NCBI GenBank assembly: GCA_040386535.1
Contig: JAZKFH010000027.1
Location: 196,064-260,063 of the forward strand
DNA: 64,000 bases
Direction: 5' to 3'
Source: Myxococcota bacterium
Lineage (GTDB): Bacteria > Myxococcota_A > UBA796 > SXON01
A program made the position numbers and the translations under genes. Positions 39,099 to 50,954 of this stretch are shown here, piece after piece. The notes beneath the pieces were generated by a model. That model had not been told where the DNA came from. It worked only from the letters and a program-made list of their open reading frames with translations, and searched no databases. Numbering within the stretch: position 1 is the first letter of the stretch; each line of letters begins with the position of its first letter.

Positions 39099-39141
39099 GC
39101 GGCGCGTCGGCGCGTCCCTACGATGTCCAGGGACCAACGAC

Positions 39142-39777
39142 ATGCCCGGGACCGTAGACACCCCCGTGTTCCTGCCAATCCTGCTCGGCACCGTGCGCCA
39201 GGGGCGGCAGAGCGAGAAGGTGGCCAACCTCCTGCTCGATCGCATGCGCGGGCACCCGGAGATCGAGACCCGCCTGTTCGACCCGCGGGACATGTGCCTG
39301 CCGATGGACGACGAGGGCCAGGAGCTCAAGTTCCGGAACCCCGAGTACCGCGACGCGATCGTGCGTGCCGACGGCCTGGTCCTCGTCTCGCCCGAGTACA
39401 ACCACGGCTACCCGGGGAGCCTCAAGCGGGCGCTGGACGTGCTCCTGACCGAGTACGTGCACCGCGCGGTGGGCCTGGTGGGCGTGTCCGCGGGCGGGTT
39501 CGGCGGCGTGCGGGCCGTCGAGAAGCTGGTGAGCGTGGTGCGCGAGCTCGGCCTGATGGTGACGTTCACCGACCTGAACGTGTCGCGCGTGGAGGAGGCG
39601 TTCAACGTGGACGGCACGCCGCGGGACGCGTCGCTCGACAAGCGCATCGACGCGTTCCTGACGGAGCTGGTGTGGGTGGCGCGTGTCCTGCGGTGGGGCC
39701 GCGCGAACGTTCCGAGCCGCTACGATCAGCGCGCGCGCGAGCTGCAGGAGGAGTGGGAGCGGCGGCGGGGGGGCTGA
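39142..39777 (+). CDS. NADPH-dependent FMN reductase
   Basis: LGTVRQGRQS, SPEYNHGYPGSLKRALD, SAGGFGGVRA. Confidence 0.9.
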   Translation: MPGTVDTPVFLPILLGTVRQGRQSEKVANLLLDRMRGHPEIETRLFDPRDMCLPMDDEGQELKFRNPEYRDAIVRADGLVLVSPEYNHGYPGSLKRALDVLLTEYVHRAVGLVGVSAGGFGGVRAVEKLVSVVRELGLMVTFTDLNVSRVEEAFNVDGTPRDASLDKRIDAFLTELVWVARVLRWGRANVPSRYDQRARELQEEWERRRGG

Positions 39778-39805
39778 ACGGCCCCTCTCTCTCGAGCCGC
39801 CGCGC

Positions 39806-40759
39806 TCACTCGTTGTTCCGCCGCCCCGCCTCCGCCAACGTGGGCGCGAACCACCGGGGCCCCGGCAGGTCGCGGCCGAGCCGGGTCGTGTCGCCGTCGG
39901 CGGGCTCCGGGCCCGGCAGGAAGGTCACGAACACGTCGGTCAGCCACGCCACGAGCCCCGGCGCGACGGCCTCCGCGAGCACGGCGAGCTTGCCGTGCAC
40001 GGTCGGGACCAGGCGCGCGTCCCCACGCCGGGTGGCCGCCACGATGCGGCGGGCGGCACGATCGGAGGCCTGGGAGAGCAGCGGGGCGTTGTCCGACGTC
40101 GCGAACCACCGGTACTCGTCGGCGTGGCTGCCCTTCACCTCCACGTGGGGCGGCGAGCCGGTGCGGGTGAGCCACGGGCACACCGTCGTGACCGCGATGC
40201 CCCGTGGCGCGAGCTCGGCGCGGAGGGTGCCGGAGAGCCCGACGAGGGCGTGCTTGCTGGCGGTGTAGGGCGCCATGTGCGGCACGGGCACGAGCCCGCC
40301 GATGGAGCTCACGTTCACGATGCGGCTGCCGCGCCCCATGTGGGGCAGGCACGCGCGGACGAGGTGGAGCGGCGCCAGGACGTGCAGGTCGAGGCTGCGC
40401 GTCCAGTCGTCGTCCGCCATGTGCTCGAAGGGCCCGACCTGGATGAGGCCCGCGTTGTTCACGAGCACGTCGACCCGGCCCCAGGTACGCACGACCTCGT
40501 GGACGGCCGTGTGGACCTGCTCCAGTACGGTCACGTCGCACGGGATCGCGAGGACGTCGCGGTACCCGAGCAGGGTCACCGCGCGGTTGAGCTCGGCGGG
40601 ATCACGCGCGAGCAGGGCCACCTTGGCGCCTTCGGCGGCGAAGCGGCGAGCCAGTTCGAGGCCCAGGCCCCGGGAGCCGCCCGTGAGGACGACCACCCGG
40701 TCGCGGAAGTCCATAGCGGGGAAGCGGGGGGGGAGGTGACGGCGGATGCGGTTGAACAT
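39806..40759 (-). CDS. Short-chain dehydrogenase/reductase
   Basis: TGGSRGLG, VNNAG, NVSSIGG, YTASK; start either 40759 or 40714. Confidence 0.88.
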   Translation of the reverse strand: MFNRIRRHLPPRFPAMDFRDRVVVLTGGSRGLGLELARRFAAEGAKVALLARDPAELNRAVTLLGYRDVLAIPCDVTVLEQVHTAVHEVVRTWGRVDVLVNNAGLIQVGPFEHMADDDWTRSLDLHVLAPLHLVRACLPHMGRGSRIVNVSSIGGLVPVPHMAPYTASKHALVGLSGTLRAELAPRGIAVTTVCPWLTRTGSPPHVEVKGSHADEYRWFATSDNAPLLSQASDRAARRIVAATRRGDARLVPTVHGKLAVLAEAVAPGLVAWLTDVFVTFLPGPEPADGDTTRLGRDLPGPRWFAPTLAEAGRRNNE

Positions 40760-40824
40760 CCATAAAAGGTAGCTCGGAGGCGGGGAGGTTCCGTCGCGGC
40801 CCGTCACGGGTGAGGTAGGGGCAG

Positions 40825-40861
40825 AGGTTGTCCATTGACTTGTCAATATCTATGGACAACT
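40825..40861. promoter_or_regulatory. Palindromic candidate operator, copy 2, in a divergent promoter region
   Basis: GTTGTCCAT/ATGGACAAC 9-bp inverted repeat, with an ATTGACTTGTCAAT core. Confidence 0.6.
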
Positions 40862-40960
40862 TCGTGGGGACAACACGGCGGGGCGGTGAGCCGCGAAAAA
40901 ACCGGCCGCGGCCGCGGTCGATCCCGATCTCCGTGGCTACCCTCCGCGGGGGAGTGTGGC

Positions 40961-42289
40961 ATGAGCGAGATGGACGCGGTCGCGGCGCTCCGGAGCGCGG
41001 CCAACCCGATCGTGGGCGCGCACGACGACTACGACGGGATCCTGGACGACCTGAAGGACGCGAAGTTCGTCCTCCTCGGCGAGGCCACCCACGGCACCCA
41101 CGAGTTCTACCGGGAGCGCGCCCGGATCACGCGCCGGCTCATCACCCGCCACGGGTTCGTGGGCGTGGCCGCGGAGGCGGACTGGCCGGAGGCGTGGCGG
41201 GTGCACCGCTACGTCAACGCGCGGAGCGCCGAGGCCGACACCATCGATGCGCTGGGGGACTTCGAGCGGTTCCCGGCGTGGATGTGGCGCAACGCGGACG
41301 TGCTCGACTTCGTCGGCTGGCTGCGTGACCACCACGAGCGACACGGCGGCCCCGCGGGCTTCTACGGCCTGGACCTGTACAGTCTGCACCGCTCCGCCAG
41401 CGCGGTCATCGACTACCTCGCGCGGGTGGATCCCGAGGCGGCGCCCCGTGCGCGCGACCTGTACGCCTGCCTCGACCAGGCGGGGGTCGACCCGCAGAAG
41501 TACGGCCTCGGCGCCGTGCTCGGCCTGACCCCCTCCTGCGAGGACGCCGTGGTGCGGATCCTGGAGGAGCTCCGCGCCCGCCGGCCGCTGCTCGTCGACA
41601 AGGGCGGGGCCGAGGCGGAGGAGGAGTTCTTCTACGCGGAGCAGAACGCAAGGCTCGCGCGCGACGCCGAGGCCTACTACCGCGGCATGTTCCGCCGCCG
41701 CGTGAACACCTGGAACCTGCGCGACACGCACATGGTGGAGACGCTGTCCGCCTTGTCGACCCACCTCGAGAAGACGCTCGGCCGGCCCGCGCGGCTCGTC
41801 GTCTGGGCGCACAACTCCCATTGTGGGGACGCTCGCGCCACCGCCGTGTCCCACCACGGCGAGGTGAACATCGGCCAACTCGCGCGCGAGCGGTGGGGCG
41901 ACAAGGTGCGCCTGGTCGGCTTCTCGACGTACTCGGGCACGGTCACGGCGGCGTCGAGCTGGGGCGGGCCCGCCGAGCGCAAGCGGGTGCGGCCGGCGCG
42001 TGGGGACAGTTGGGAGGCGCTGCTGCACAAGGCGGGCAAGCCCCGGTATTGGATCGACACACGGGATCCCCGGGTGAAGCTGGCCCTCGCGGGCGAGCGG
42101 CTCGGGCGCGCCATCGGCGTGCTCTACCTGCCGGAGACCGAGCGCCAGAGCCACTACTACGAGACCCGCCTCGCGAAGCAGTTCGACTACGTGCTCCACT
42201 TCGACCACACCCGCGCGGTCGAGCCGCTCGAGCGCACCACCACGTGGGAGATGGGCGAGCTGCCGGAGACCTTCCCCAGTGGTTTGTGA
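40961..42289 (+). CDS. Erythromycin esterase-family protein
   Basis: LLGEATHGTHEFY, EADWP, FPAWMWRN, GFYGLDLYSL, WNLRDTHM, VWAHNSH, RAIGVLY, QSHY. Confidence 0.9.
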   Translation: MSEMDAVAALRSAANPIVGAHDDYDGILDDLKDAKFVLLGEATHGTHEFYRERARITRRLITRHGFVGVAAEADWPEAWRVHRYVNARSAEADTIDALGDFERFPAWMWRNADVLDFVGWLRDHHERHGGPAGFYGLDLYSLHRSASAVIDYLARVDPEAAPRARDLYACLDQAGVDPQKYGLGAVLGLTPSCEDAVVRILEELRARRPLLVDKGGAEAEEEFFYAEQNARLARDAEAYYRGMFRRRVNTWNLRDTHMVETLSALSTHLEKTLGRPARLVVWAHNSHCGDARATAVSHHGEVNIGQLARERWGDKVRLVGFSTYSGTVTAASSWGGPAERKRVRPARGDSWEALLHKAGKPRYWIDTRDPRVKLALAGERLGRAIGVLYLPETERQSHYYETRLAKQFDYVLHFDHTRAVEPLERTTTWEMGELPETFPSGL

Positions 42290-42343
42290 GCCCGGTTTGT
42301 GAGCCCGGTTTGTGAGCCAGCGGTTCGTGAGCCCGCTTGTGAC
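42281..42343. repeat. 13-bp degenerate tandem repeat GGTTTGTGAGCCC (about 4.5 copies)
   Basis: The first copy contains the TGA of the esterase gene; copies decay with distance from it. Confidence 0.85.
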
Positions 42344-42351
42344 GGGGCTGC

Positions 42352-42537
42352 TCAGGCCGTCGGGGCCAGGGACAGCTGTCGGTCGACCTTCCGGAGCAGG
42401 TCCCGCGTGGCCTTGAGCTCCTCGCGGAACGCCATCAGATCCGTCGCGGAGATCTGCTGGCCCAGCTCGCCGATGTAGTTCTGGAGCGCGATGTGGAGGC
42501 GCTCGGCTTCCTCGTCGGTCAGCTCGATACGGATCAT
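42352..42537 (-). CDS. Small hypothetical protein (61 aa)
   Basis: GGGAGGGAG RBS; helical amphipathic sequence. Confidence 0.6.
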   Translation of the reverse strand: MIRIELTDEEAERLHIALQNYIGELGQQISATDLMAFREELKATRDLLRKVDRQLSLAPTA

Positions 42538-42616
42538 GGCTCCCTCCCACCCGCAAACTAAACGCGCGTGTCCCGACCGGGCGGGACGCTTGTCATCGCG
42601 TGTCAGGAGAGGCGTG

Positions 42617-44149
42617 TCAGGGCAGGGCGGTCTCGTCCAGGGCCGAATCCGCGCTGGTGCCGGCCGCCTCGCGCTTCGGATGCCAGATCTTGCCGAAGCG
42701 TACCGGCCAGCCCGTGCGGGTGTTGAACGGCCGCGCCTTCAAGGAGCCCGCCTTCCGGTAGTTCTCCTCCATGCCGTACCCCAGGGCGGGCTTGTCGGGG
42801 ATGATCACCGTGGCCCAGCGCCCCTGTGCCATCGCGCGCTCGACCACCCTGGACTCGCGCTTGAGCACGCCGCGCTCCTTCGCGATGTCCCAGAGGGTGA
42901 TGAGCGCGAGCGAGGGCTCCTTGCCCGCGAGCACCGGGTACCACGGCCCGTGCGGCATCAGCATGGGGCCGGGCAGCGCGCGCAGCTCGTCGACCAGAGC
43001 CTGCGCGTTGTCCGCGTCCCGGTCGGTGGGGACGTACTTCTTCAGGTCTCCGTGCCCGCGCCAGAGCTGCACCGCCACGAGCGCGGTGAACACGTGCGGC
43101 AGCCACGCGCGCCAGCCTGTGTCGCGCGAGAGGGCCCGCTCGGCGAGCACCGCCACGAGCGGCGCGAGCCACAACAGCGGGATGAGCACGTTCAGGAAGC
43201 CGCCCACGTGCCCGCGCATCAGCGACACCATGACCAGCGTCACCCCGATGACACCGGCCCAGTAGCCACCCCCGCGGGTGCGCGCCCACGCCCCGATCGT
43301 CGCGACCCCGACCGTGATGACCCAGGGGAGCGCGCGCCAGACCTCGGCCTGCGCCCCCGTGATCTTCCCGTTGGCGCCCAGGGTGGGCAGCGCGCGGTCG
43401 AAAACGATCCCGTGGCTGCCGGGGACGCCGAGCAGGTAGGTCAGGAACAGCCCGCCGGTGTACACCTGCATCGCGACGGTGAAGGCCAGCGCGGGCCCGG
43501 CGCTCGCGGCCACGAAGACCAGGGCGTCGCGGAGGCCGAGCGTGCGCCAGCGCCACAGCGCGATGGGGAGCCCGAGCATCGCCATGTTGTGTTTGGCCGT
43601 GAACGCCACCGCCAACAGCAGGCCGCTCGTGATGGCGGCCGCGCGGGTCTCGCCGCGCCCGCACACCAAGGCCGCGCCGGTGAACATCAGCGCCATCGAG
43701 TCGATGCGGACCAGATCGTAGAAGGTGCCGCCCTCTTCGTAGCAGCCGAGGAACAATGCCGCGACGCCCACCGCGACCGGCCACCGCGCGCCCTCGCGCC
43801 GCGCTCCAACCGCGAGCAGCGCCATCGCCACGGCCGTGCAGGCGATGGAGACCCCGCGGCCGAGCGTGTACCCGATGGGGAACACCTGGGCGAGCACGCC
43901 GAGCGTCCACGCGTAGAGCGGCGGGTAGATGAACGGGATGTAGTCGGGCCCGGGCGCCGTGTAGAAGGGCAGCCCCTGGGAGGCCCGCAGCCCGCTGATC
44001 AGCGTGGCACCCTCCATCCACTCGAGATCGAAGTTCGCGCCGAGCCGGTGGGCCATCGCCAGCCCCACGGCGTAGACCTGCCAGGCGGCGAGGGCCAGGA
44101 CGAGGACCTCGAGGGCGACGCGGAGGGCGGGCTTCACGGCGGGATGCAC
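42617..44149 (-). CDS. GT-C/ArnT-like membrane glycosyltransferase
   Basis: LEWMEG, YPPLY, R..S, YDLVRIDS, TAKH; multiple TM helices. Confidence 0.7.
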   Translation of the reverse strand: MHPAVKPALRVALEVLVLALAAWQVYAVGLAMAHRLGANFDLEWMEGATLISGLRASQGLPFYTAPGPDYIPFIYPPLYAWTLGVLAQVFPIGYTLGRGVSIACTAVAMALLAVGARREGARWPVAVGVAALFLGCYEEGGTFYDLVRIDSMALMFTGAALVCGRGETRAAAITSGLLLAVAFTAKHNMAMLGLPIALWRWRTLGLRDALVFVAASAGPALAFTVAMQVYTGGLFLTYLLGVPGSHGIVFDRALPTLGANGKITGAQAEVWRALPWVITVGVATIGAWARTRGGGYWAGVIGVTLVMVSLMRGHVGGFLNVLIPLLWLAPLVAVLAERALSRDTGWRAWLPHVFTALVAVQLWRGHGDLKKYVPTDRDADNAQALVDELRALPGPMLMPHGPWYPVLAGKEPSLALITLWDIAKERGVLKRESRVVERAMAQGRWATVIIPDKPALGYGMEENYRKAGSLKARPFNTRTGWPVRFGKIWHPKREAAGTSADSALDETALP

Positions 44150-44210
44150 GGCGCGGGGCCTATCGGGGTTGCGTCGCCGGTGCCCCCTCCGCGGCGGAGT
44201 CGTCGGAAGA

Positions 44211-44777
44211 CTACCGAGGCTTCAGCTTCTTGATGTCGTTCACGAGCTCCTTCGCGGTGCGGAACCAGTAGTTGCGGAAGCCGAACCCGGACGCGGCCTC
44301 GCACACGCGCTGCTTCGCCAGGACGTCGCGGGTGCCGGCGTCGAAGTAGACCACCCAGGTGCAGCCGGTCTCCTGGAGCTTGACGTAGCGGTCGACCACG
44401 AGCACGAGCGCGAGCCCCTCCGCGCCCTTCATGTCGTACCCGCGCACGAGCGTCGCGAGCGTGTCCGGCGTGATCTCCGAGTCGGCGACCACGCCGTCTC
44501 CGCCGTCGGTGCGCACGACCTGGGCCTCGGTCACCTTCGCGTTGTTCGCCGCGACGATGTCGATGGCCTGGCTCACGGGGCCGGTGGCCTTCGCGAGGTC
44601 CTCCATCATCTCCTTCGCCCACAGGCGGTTCCACTCGCCCGGGTAGTAGCCGGTGACCTGCGGGACATCGTTGAAGTCCCCCGAGCCCACGAACAGGGCC
44701 TGGGAGTAGTCGATGCCGACGAAGGTGACGGGCGTGGCGCTCTTGGCGCCGAGGAGGAGTGCGAGGAGCAACGTCAT
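44211..44777 (-). CDS. Hypothetical secreted protein
   Basis: Short signal peptide; FVGIDYS and GFGFRNYW motifs. Confidence 0.65.
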   Translation of the reverse strand: MTLLLALLLGAKSATPVTFVGIDYSQALFVGSGDFNDVPQVTGYYPGEWNRLWAKEMMEDLAKATGPVSQAIDIVAANNAKVTEAQVVRTDGGDGVVADSEITPDTLATLVRGYDMKGAEGLALVLVVDRYVKLQETGCTWVVYFDAGTRDVLAKQRVCEAASGFGFRNYWFRTAKELVNDIKKLKPR

Positions 44778-44857
44778 GCGCCGCCGGTAACCCGACCGGG
44801 GTGCTGTAAGGCCCGCGCGCCCCCCGGCGTTCCGGCCACGACCCTCTCGGAGCCGCC

Positions 44858-46099
44858 ATGATCCTCGCCCTGCTCGCCCCCGCCTTCGCGTATTCCAGCG
44901 TCCAGACGCAATTCAACTCCGCGATCGCCCAGGTGGAGCAGATGGTGTCGGACGGCAACGTCACCTCCATCGCCGGCCGCCACGGGCTCGACGTGGTGAA
45001 CGTCACGTGGGAGGACACCGGGCGGAACAAGGGCTCCGCGGTGGGCCCGAACATCTCCGACATGACGATTGGTGTGCGCGATGCGTACGGCCAGCTCCAC
45101 CCGATGCCGGTCCTCCGCTTCGACAACTTCACCGACACCACCGCCGACATCCGCTCCGACAGCTTCTGGCTCCGCGTCGGCAACGAGCGCGGCGGGCCGC
45201 TGCGTTCGGTCTCGCTCGCCGAGGTGCTCCAGGACACGCGGAGCTTCCTCTCCGACCCGTGGAGCTGGTCCGGCCGCGCCCGCTCGCTGTGGAGCAGCCG
45301 CGACGAGCACGTGCTCGTGAGCGCCCAGGCGTGTTTCCTCCCCGTCCCCCGGAGCGGCGAGGCCACGTTCACCCCGGTGCTCTTCAACTACCAGTCGTAC
45401 CCCGACAACCCCGCGGTGCTCACGATGGTCGCCACCCGCGAGGGCACGAGCATCCAGGTCATCGAGAACGAGGGCGGCTACCTCTCCGAGACCCTCTCGT
45501 TCAACCAGAACGGCGAGCGCGCCCCCTTCACCGCCACGCGCCTCTCCGACTTCCGCGCCGAGGGCGGCGACGGCACCTGGGGCTCCGTGAGCGCGGGCAG
45601 CGAGGACGGGCTCAACATGGTCCTGCTCGTGCAGGTTCCGCTCAAGCAGAAGCCGCGCCCGGCCCCGATGTACGACGACTACGACGGCGCGATGGACGAG
45701 ATGTCCTCCGGGGCCCCCGCCGCCAAGAGCAGCCGCTCGCGCGACAGCGACGTGGAGGCCGCGGTCATCGGCCACGGGCCCACGGAGGGCCCCTACAAGG
45801 AGCTCGACGGCCTGGCGATCGAGCGCGACACGCGCTTCCCCGTCCGCGTGACCGTGCAGTTCTACAAGGCGACGAGCAACGGCGTGGTCACCGAGGCCGA
45901 CATCCGCGAGGTGCGCCGCCAGATCGACCGCGTGTACAGTGACGCCTCCTACGTCGGGAGCCTGGTGACGCAGGGCTACACCGGCCGCCCGACCGAGTGG
46001 GGCCCCACGTACCAGCCGCCGCGCCCGCGCCCCCAGCCGCAGCCGAGCGAGGACGCGCAGTGGGCGGATCCGTTCTGGAGCTGGCACAAGGCGCAGTAG
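44858..46099 (+). CDS. Secreted protein of unknown function
   Basis: Signal peptide ending AFA; TWEDTGR.KGS.VGPNISDMT, QACFLP, FNYQS, RVTVQFY. Confidence 0.75.
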   Translation: MILALLAPAFAYSSVQTQFNSAIAQVEQMVSDGNVTSIAGRHGLDVVNVTWEDTGRNKGSAVGPNISDMTIGVRDAYGQLHPMPVLRFDNFTDTTADIRSDSFWLRVGNERGGPLRSVSLAEVLQDTRSFLSDPWSWSGRARSLWSSRDEHVLVSAQACFLPVPRSGEATFTPVLFNYQSYPDNPAVLTMVATREGTSIQVIENEGGYLSETLSFNQNGERAPFTATRLSDFRAEGGDGTWGSVSAGSEDGLNMVLLVQVPLKQKPRPAPMYDDYDGAMDEMSSGAPAAKSSRSRDSDVEAAVIGHGPTEGPYKELDGLAIERDTRFPVRVTVQFYKATSNGVVTEADIREVRRQIDRVYSDASYVGSLVTQGYTGRPTEWGPTYQPPRPRPQPQPSEDAQWADPFWSWHKAQ

Positions 46100-46198
46100 C
46101 AGGAAACGCGATCGGTCCGCCTTTCACGCGCTCTTCGGCGAGGTCGTGTATACTCCGGCTGCGAACGGTCGCCGAACGACCGCGCGCACGGGGTCCAC

Positions 46199-47755
46199 AT
46201 GCTGCTGCTCGCCCTCATCCCCGTCGCCGTTCCGGCCGACATGAGCTGGCAGTGCCCCGAGGAGGGGACCTCCCCGCGGGAGCTCGAGCCCTGGTTGGGG
46301 GCGAGCGGCCGCGTCGCCGGGTGGGTGTATGCGCTCGCCGCGTCGTTCTACGACGAGGACTGCGTCGCCTGCGGCGAGGACACCGGGTTGCCGTCGGGCG
46401 ATGTGTTCGAGTGGTGCGCCGCCACGGAGTGTGTGACGGCCGAGGGCGCGATCCTCACCTACCGCTACGTGAACTCTGCGGATGGCGACGAGTGGTCGGT
46501 CGGAGGAACCCGGGAGTACAGCAGCTACACGGTCGTTCCGCCTCCGGACGCAGGGTACGGGTGGACCGAGCTTTCGACCTACTCCTCTAGCGGGACCTCT
46601 TCGTACCCCTACAAGGAGGAGTACGGAACCGACGTGGAACAGTCGGCGTCCTGGGCGGGGGACATCGGCTCGTCGTGGCCGGCGGACGGCGCGATCTCCG
46701 GGCTCACCTCGACCGGACGCGCCGAGTACGCCGACTACTCCACCGGCGAATGGACCGATCCTACGTGTTCGTGGTCGTGGCAGATCGACAACTACAATGG
46801 CTACGCATCCGTTTCCGCCGGCGGGAGCTACGGGTCGGTCCAGTTCGCGATCGTGTGCGATGAGGGTGGCTTGTGGATGGAAGGCTACGGAAAGGTGATG
46901 AGCCTGACCGACTGGACGCTCGTCGGCACGGACGCGGACGGGGACGCGTGGAACACGGCCTACGACTGCGACGACGCGGATCCGACGGTCTACCCGTGCG
47001 CGCCCGAAACCGCGTGCGACGGGAGGGACCACGACTGTGACGGCTTCATCGAGTGTGATGCCGATGGGGACGGACACACGCCCATCGACGAGTCCGGTGA
47101 CGATTGCGACGACGCCGACCCGACCGTATTTCTGGGCGCATCCGAGGTCCGCTGCGACGGGATCGACCAGGACTGCAACGGGTACGACCAATGCGACGCC
47201 GACGGCGATCGTTACTACGCCGGAACCACCTACAGACCCGATTGCGACGACACCGATCCGACCGTTCATCCAGAGGCGGACGAGGTCTTGTGTGACGGGG
47301 TGGACCAGGACTGCGACGGCAGCGACAAGTGCGACATGGACGGCGATGGCTACTACGTGGACGGCTACTATGCCGATTGTGACGACACCGACCCCACCGT
47401 GAGCCCGCGCGGGACCGAGGTCGAGTGCGACACGATCGACCAGGACTGCGACGGCGGCGACCTGTGCGACGCGGACGGAGACGGGAGCTACGCGCGGCCC
47501 TCCGGCGACGATTGCGACGACACCGATGCCACCGTGCATCCCGGCGCGCCCGAGATCGAGTGTGACGGGATCGCCCAGGACTGCCGCGGGTACGACTCCT
47601 GCCCGCCGGCTGATGAGGACTCGGCGGCGTCGCCCCCCGAGCCCCATGACCCCCCGCTCGCCGACCCGCGCGGGTGCGGCGGCTCGGCGGCCATGGGGGT
47701 GCTCTTGCTCTCGGGCTGGCGACGGCGGACGCGGCGGATCATGACGTCGGCGTGA
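46199..47755 (+). CDS. Surface protein: unique N-terminal domain, Cys/Asp metal-binding repeats, MYXO-CTERM-like tail
   Basis: Five or more DCDD.D..V.P...E..CDG.DQDC repeats; GCGG...LLL..WRRR. Confidence 0.78.
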   Translation: MLLLALIPVAVPADMSWQCPEEGTSPRELEPWLGASGRVAGWVYALAASFYDEDCVACGEDTGLPSGDVFEWCAATECVTAEGAILTYRYVNSADGDEWSVGGTREYSSYTVVPPPDAGYGWTELSTYSSSGTSSYPYKEEYGTDVEQSASWAGDIGSSWPADGAISGLTSTGRAEYADYSTGEWTDPTCSWSWQIDNYNGYASVSAGGSYGSVQFAIVCDEGGLWMEGYGKVMSLTDWTLVGTDADGDAWNTAYDCDDADPTVYPCAPETACDGRDHDCDGFIECDADGDGHTPIDESGDDCDDADPTVFLGASEVRCDGIDQDCNGYDQCDADGDRYYAGTTYRPDCDDTDPTVHPEADEVLCDGVDQDCDGSDKCDMDGDGYYVDGYYADCDDTDPTVSPRGTEVECDTIDQDCDGGDLCDADGDGSYARPSGDDCDDTDATVHPGAPEIECDGIAQDCRGYDSCPPADEDSAASPPEPHDPPLADPRGCGGSAAMGVLLLSGWRRRTRRIMTSA

Positions 47756-47912
47756 GGCGTGAGGCGGGGGCCTCGTCAACAGCGCAGCTCCTCGCCTCGT
47801 CGCCCGCAACCGCCGCACCCGAGCATCTGCCCGCCGACGCCGACGGACCAGGGCCCGAGATGGCGCCGGCCCCGCTCCCGCCCGCTTGAGCTACACGCCG
47901 GGGGGCCACGCC

Positions 47913-49868
<1,956 letters not shown>

Positions 49869-50111
49869 GTCGAGCTCGTGGTGCCCGATCCCCTACACAA
49901 CCTGGGGCGCCGGGCGGCGTTGTCAGTTGTGGTCGTCTGCTGAGGGGTGTCGAGGAGTGTCACCGGCCGCCCCGACACGGGCGCGGTGGACGCGCACCGC
50001 GCGAGCCGCTCCCACGCCGCACCGCCTCCACGTCGCCGCGGCGGCCGCGTCCGCGCGGTCCGTCCGCCCCATCGAGGATGCGCTCCCCGCCCCACCGAGT
50101 CACATTGTCCC

Positions 50112-50954
50112 ATGCCGGTGGCCGCCGATCTCGCCGCCCTGCTCCGCGACCGCCGGGTGGTCGCGCTCACCGGGGCCGGGTGCAGCACCGAGTCCGGGAT
50201 CCCCGACTACCGCGGGCCCGGCACACGCGCGCGGGCGCGCAACCCCGTGCAGTATCGCGCGTTTATCGGCGAGGCCGAAGCGCGGCAGCGCTACTGGGCG
50301 CGCAGCATGATCGGGTGGCCCCGGTTCAGCGCGGCCGAGCCCAACGGCGGGCATCGGGCCCTCGCGGCGCTGGAGCGGATGGGGATCCTGCGCGGGCTCA
50401 TCACCCAGAACGTCGACCGGCTGCACCACGTGGCGGGCAACACCGACGTCATCGAGCTGCACGGTGCGCTCGCCGAGGTGGTGTGCCTCGGGTGCGGCAC
50501 GCTGGAGGATCGCGCCTCGCTCCAGGCGCGCCTCGCCCTGCTCAACCCGCGGTGGGAGGCGGACGTGGAGCTCGCCCCGGACGGCGACGCCGAGCTGGTC
50601 GCGGTCGAGGGCTTCCGGGTCGCCGACTGCCTCGCCTGTGGCGGCGTGCTCAAGCCGCGCGTGGTGTTCTTCGGCGAGAACGTGCCCCGGCCCACGGTCG
50701 ATGCCGCGTTCGCCCACGTGGACGCCGCGGAGGCGCTCCTGGTCGTCGGCACGTCGCTCACGGTCTATTCGGGACTGCGCTTCGTGCGCCGCGCCGCCGA
50801 GCGCGGGATCCCCGTCGCCATCTGCAACCTGGGGCCGACGCGCGGCGATCCGCTCGCGACGATGCGGGTGGACGCGCCGCTCGGCGAGGTGCTGCCGGGG
50901 CTGGTGGAGGCCCTGGGCGCCGCCGGTCAGGGCTTGCGGGCCACCGCGAGGTAG
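50112..50954 (+). CDS. NAD-dependent protein deacylase, Sir2 family (class II/SIRT4-like)
   Basis: [55 protein letters not shown]. Confidence 0.92.
   Translation: MPVAADLAALLRDRRVVALTGAGCSTESGIPDYRGPGTRARARNPVQYRAFIGEAEARQRYWARSMIGWPRFSAAEPNGGHRALAALERMGILRGLITQNVDRLHHVAGNTDVIELHGALAEVVCLGCGTLEDRASLQARLALLNPRWEADVELAPDGDAELVAVEGFRVADCLACGGVLKPRVVFFGENVPRPTVDAAFAHVDAAEALLVVGTSLTVYSGLRFVRRAAERGIPVAICNLGPTRGDPLATMRVDAPLGEVLPGLVEALGAAGQGLRATAR

Noticed and set aside
40961..42289. Bona fide macrolide resistance gene (ereA/ereB)
   Set aside because: Motifs fit the broad chromosomal esterase family; no mobile context; activity cannot be inferred from sequence
50112..50954. Sir2 gene as an anti-phage NADase (Thoeris/DSR-type)
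   Set aside because: Stand-alone classical Zn-binding class II sirtuin with no defence partner domains
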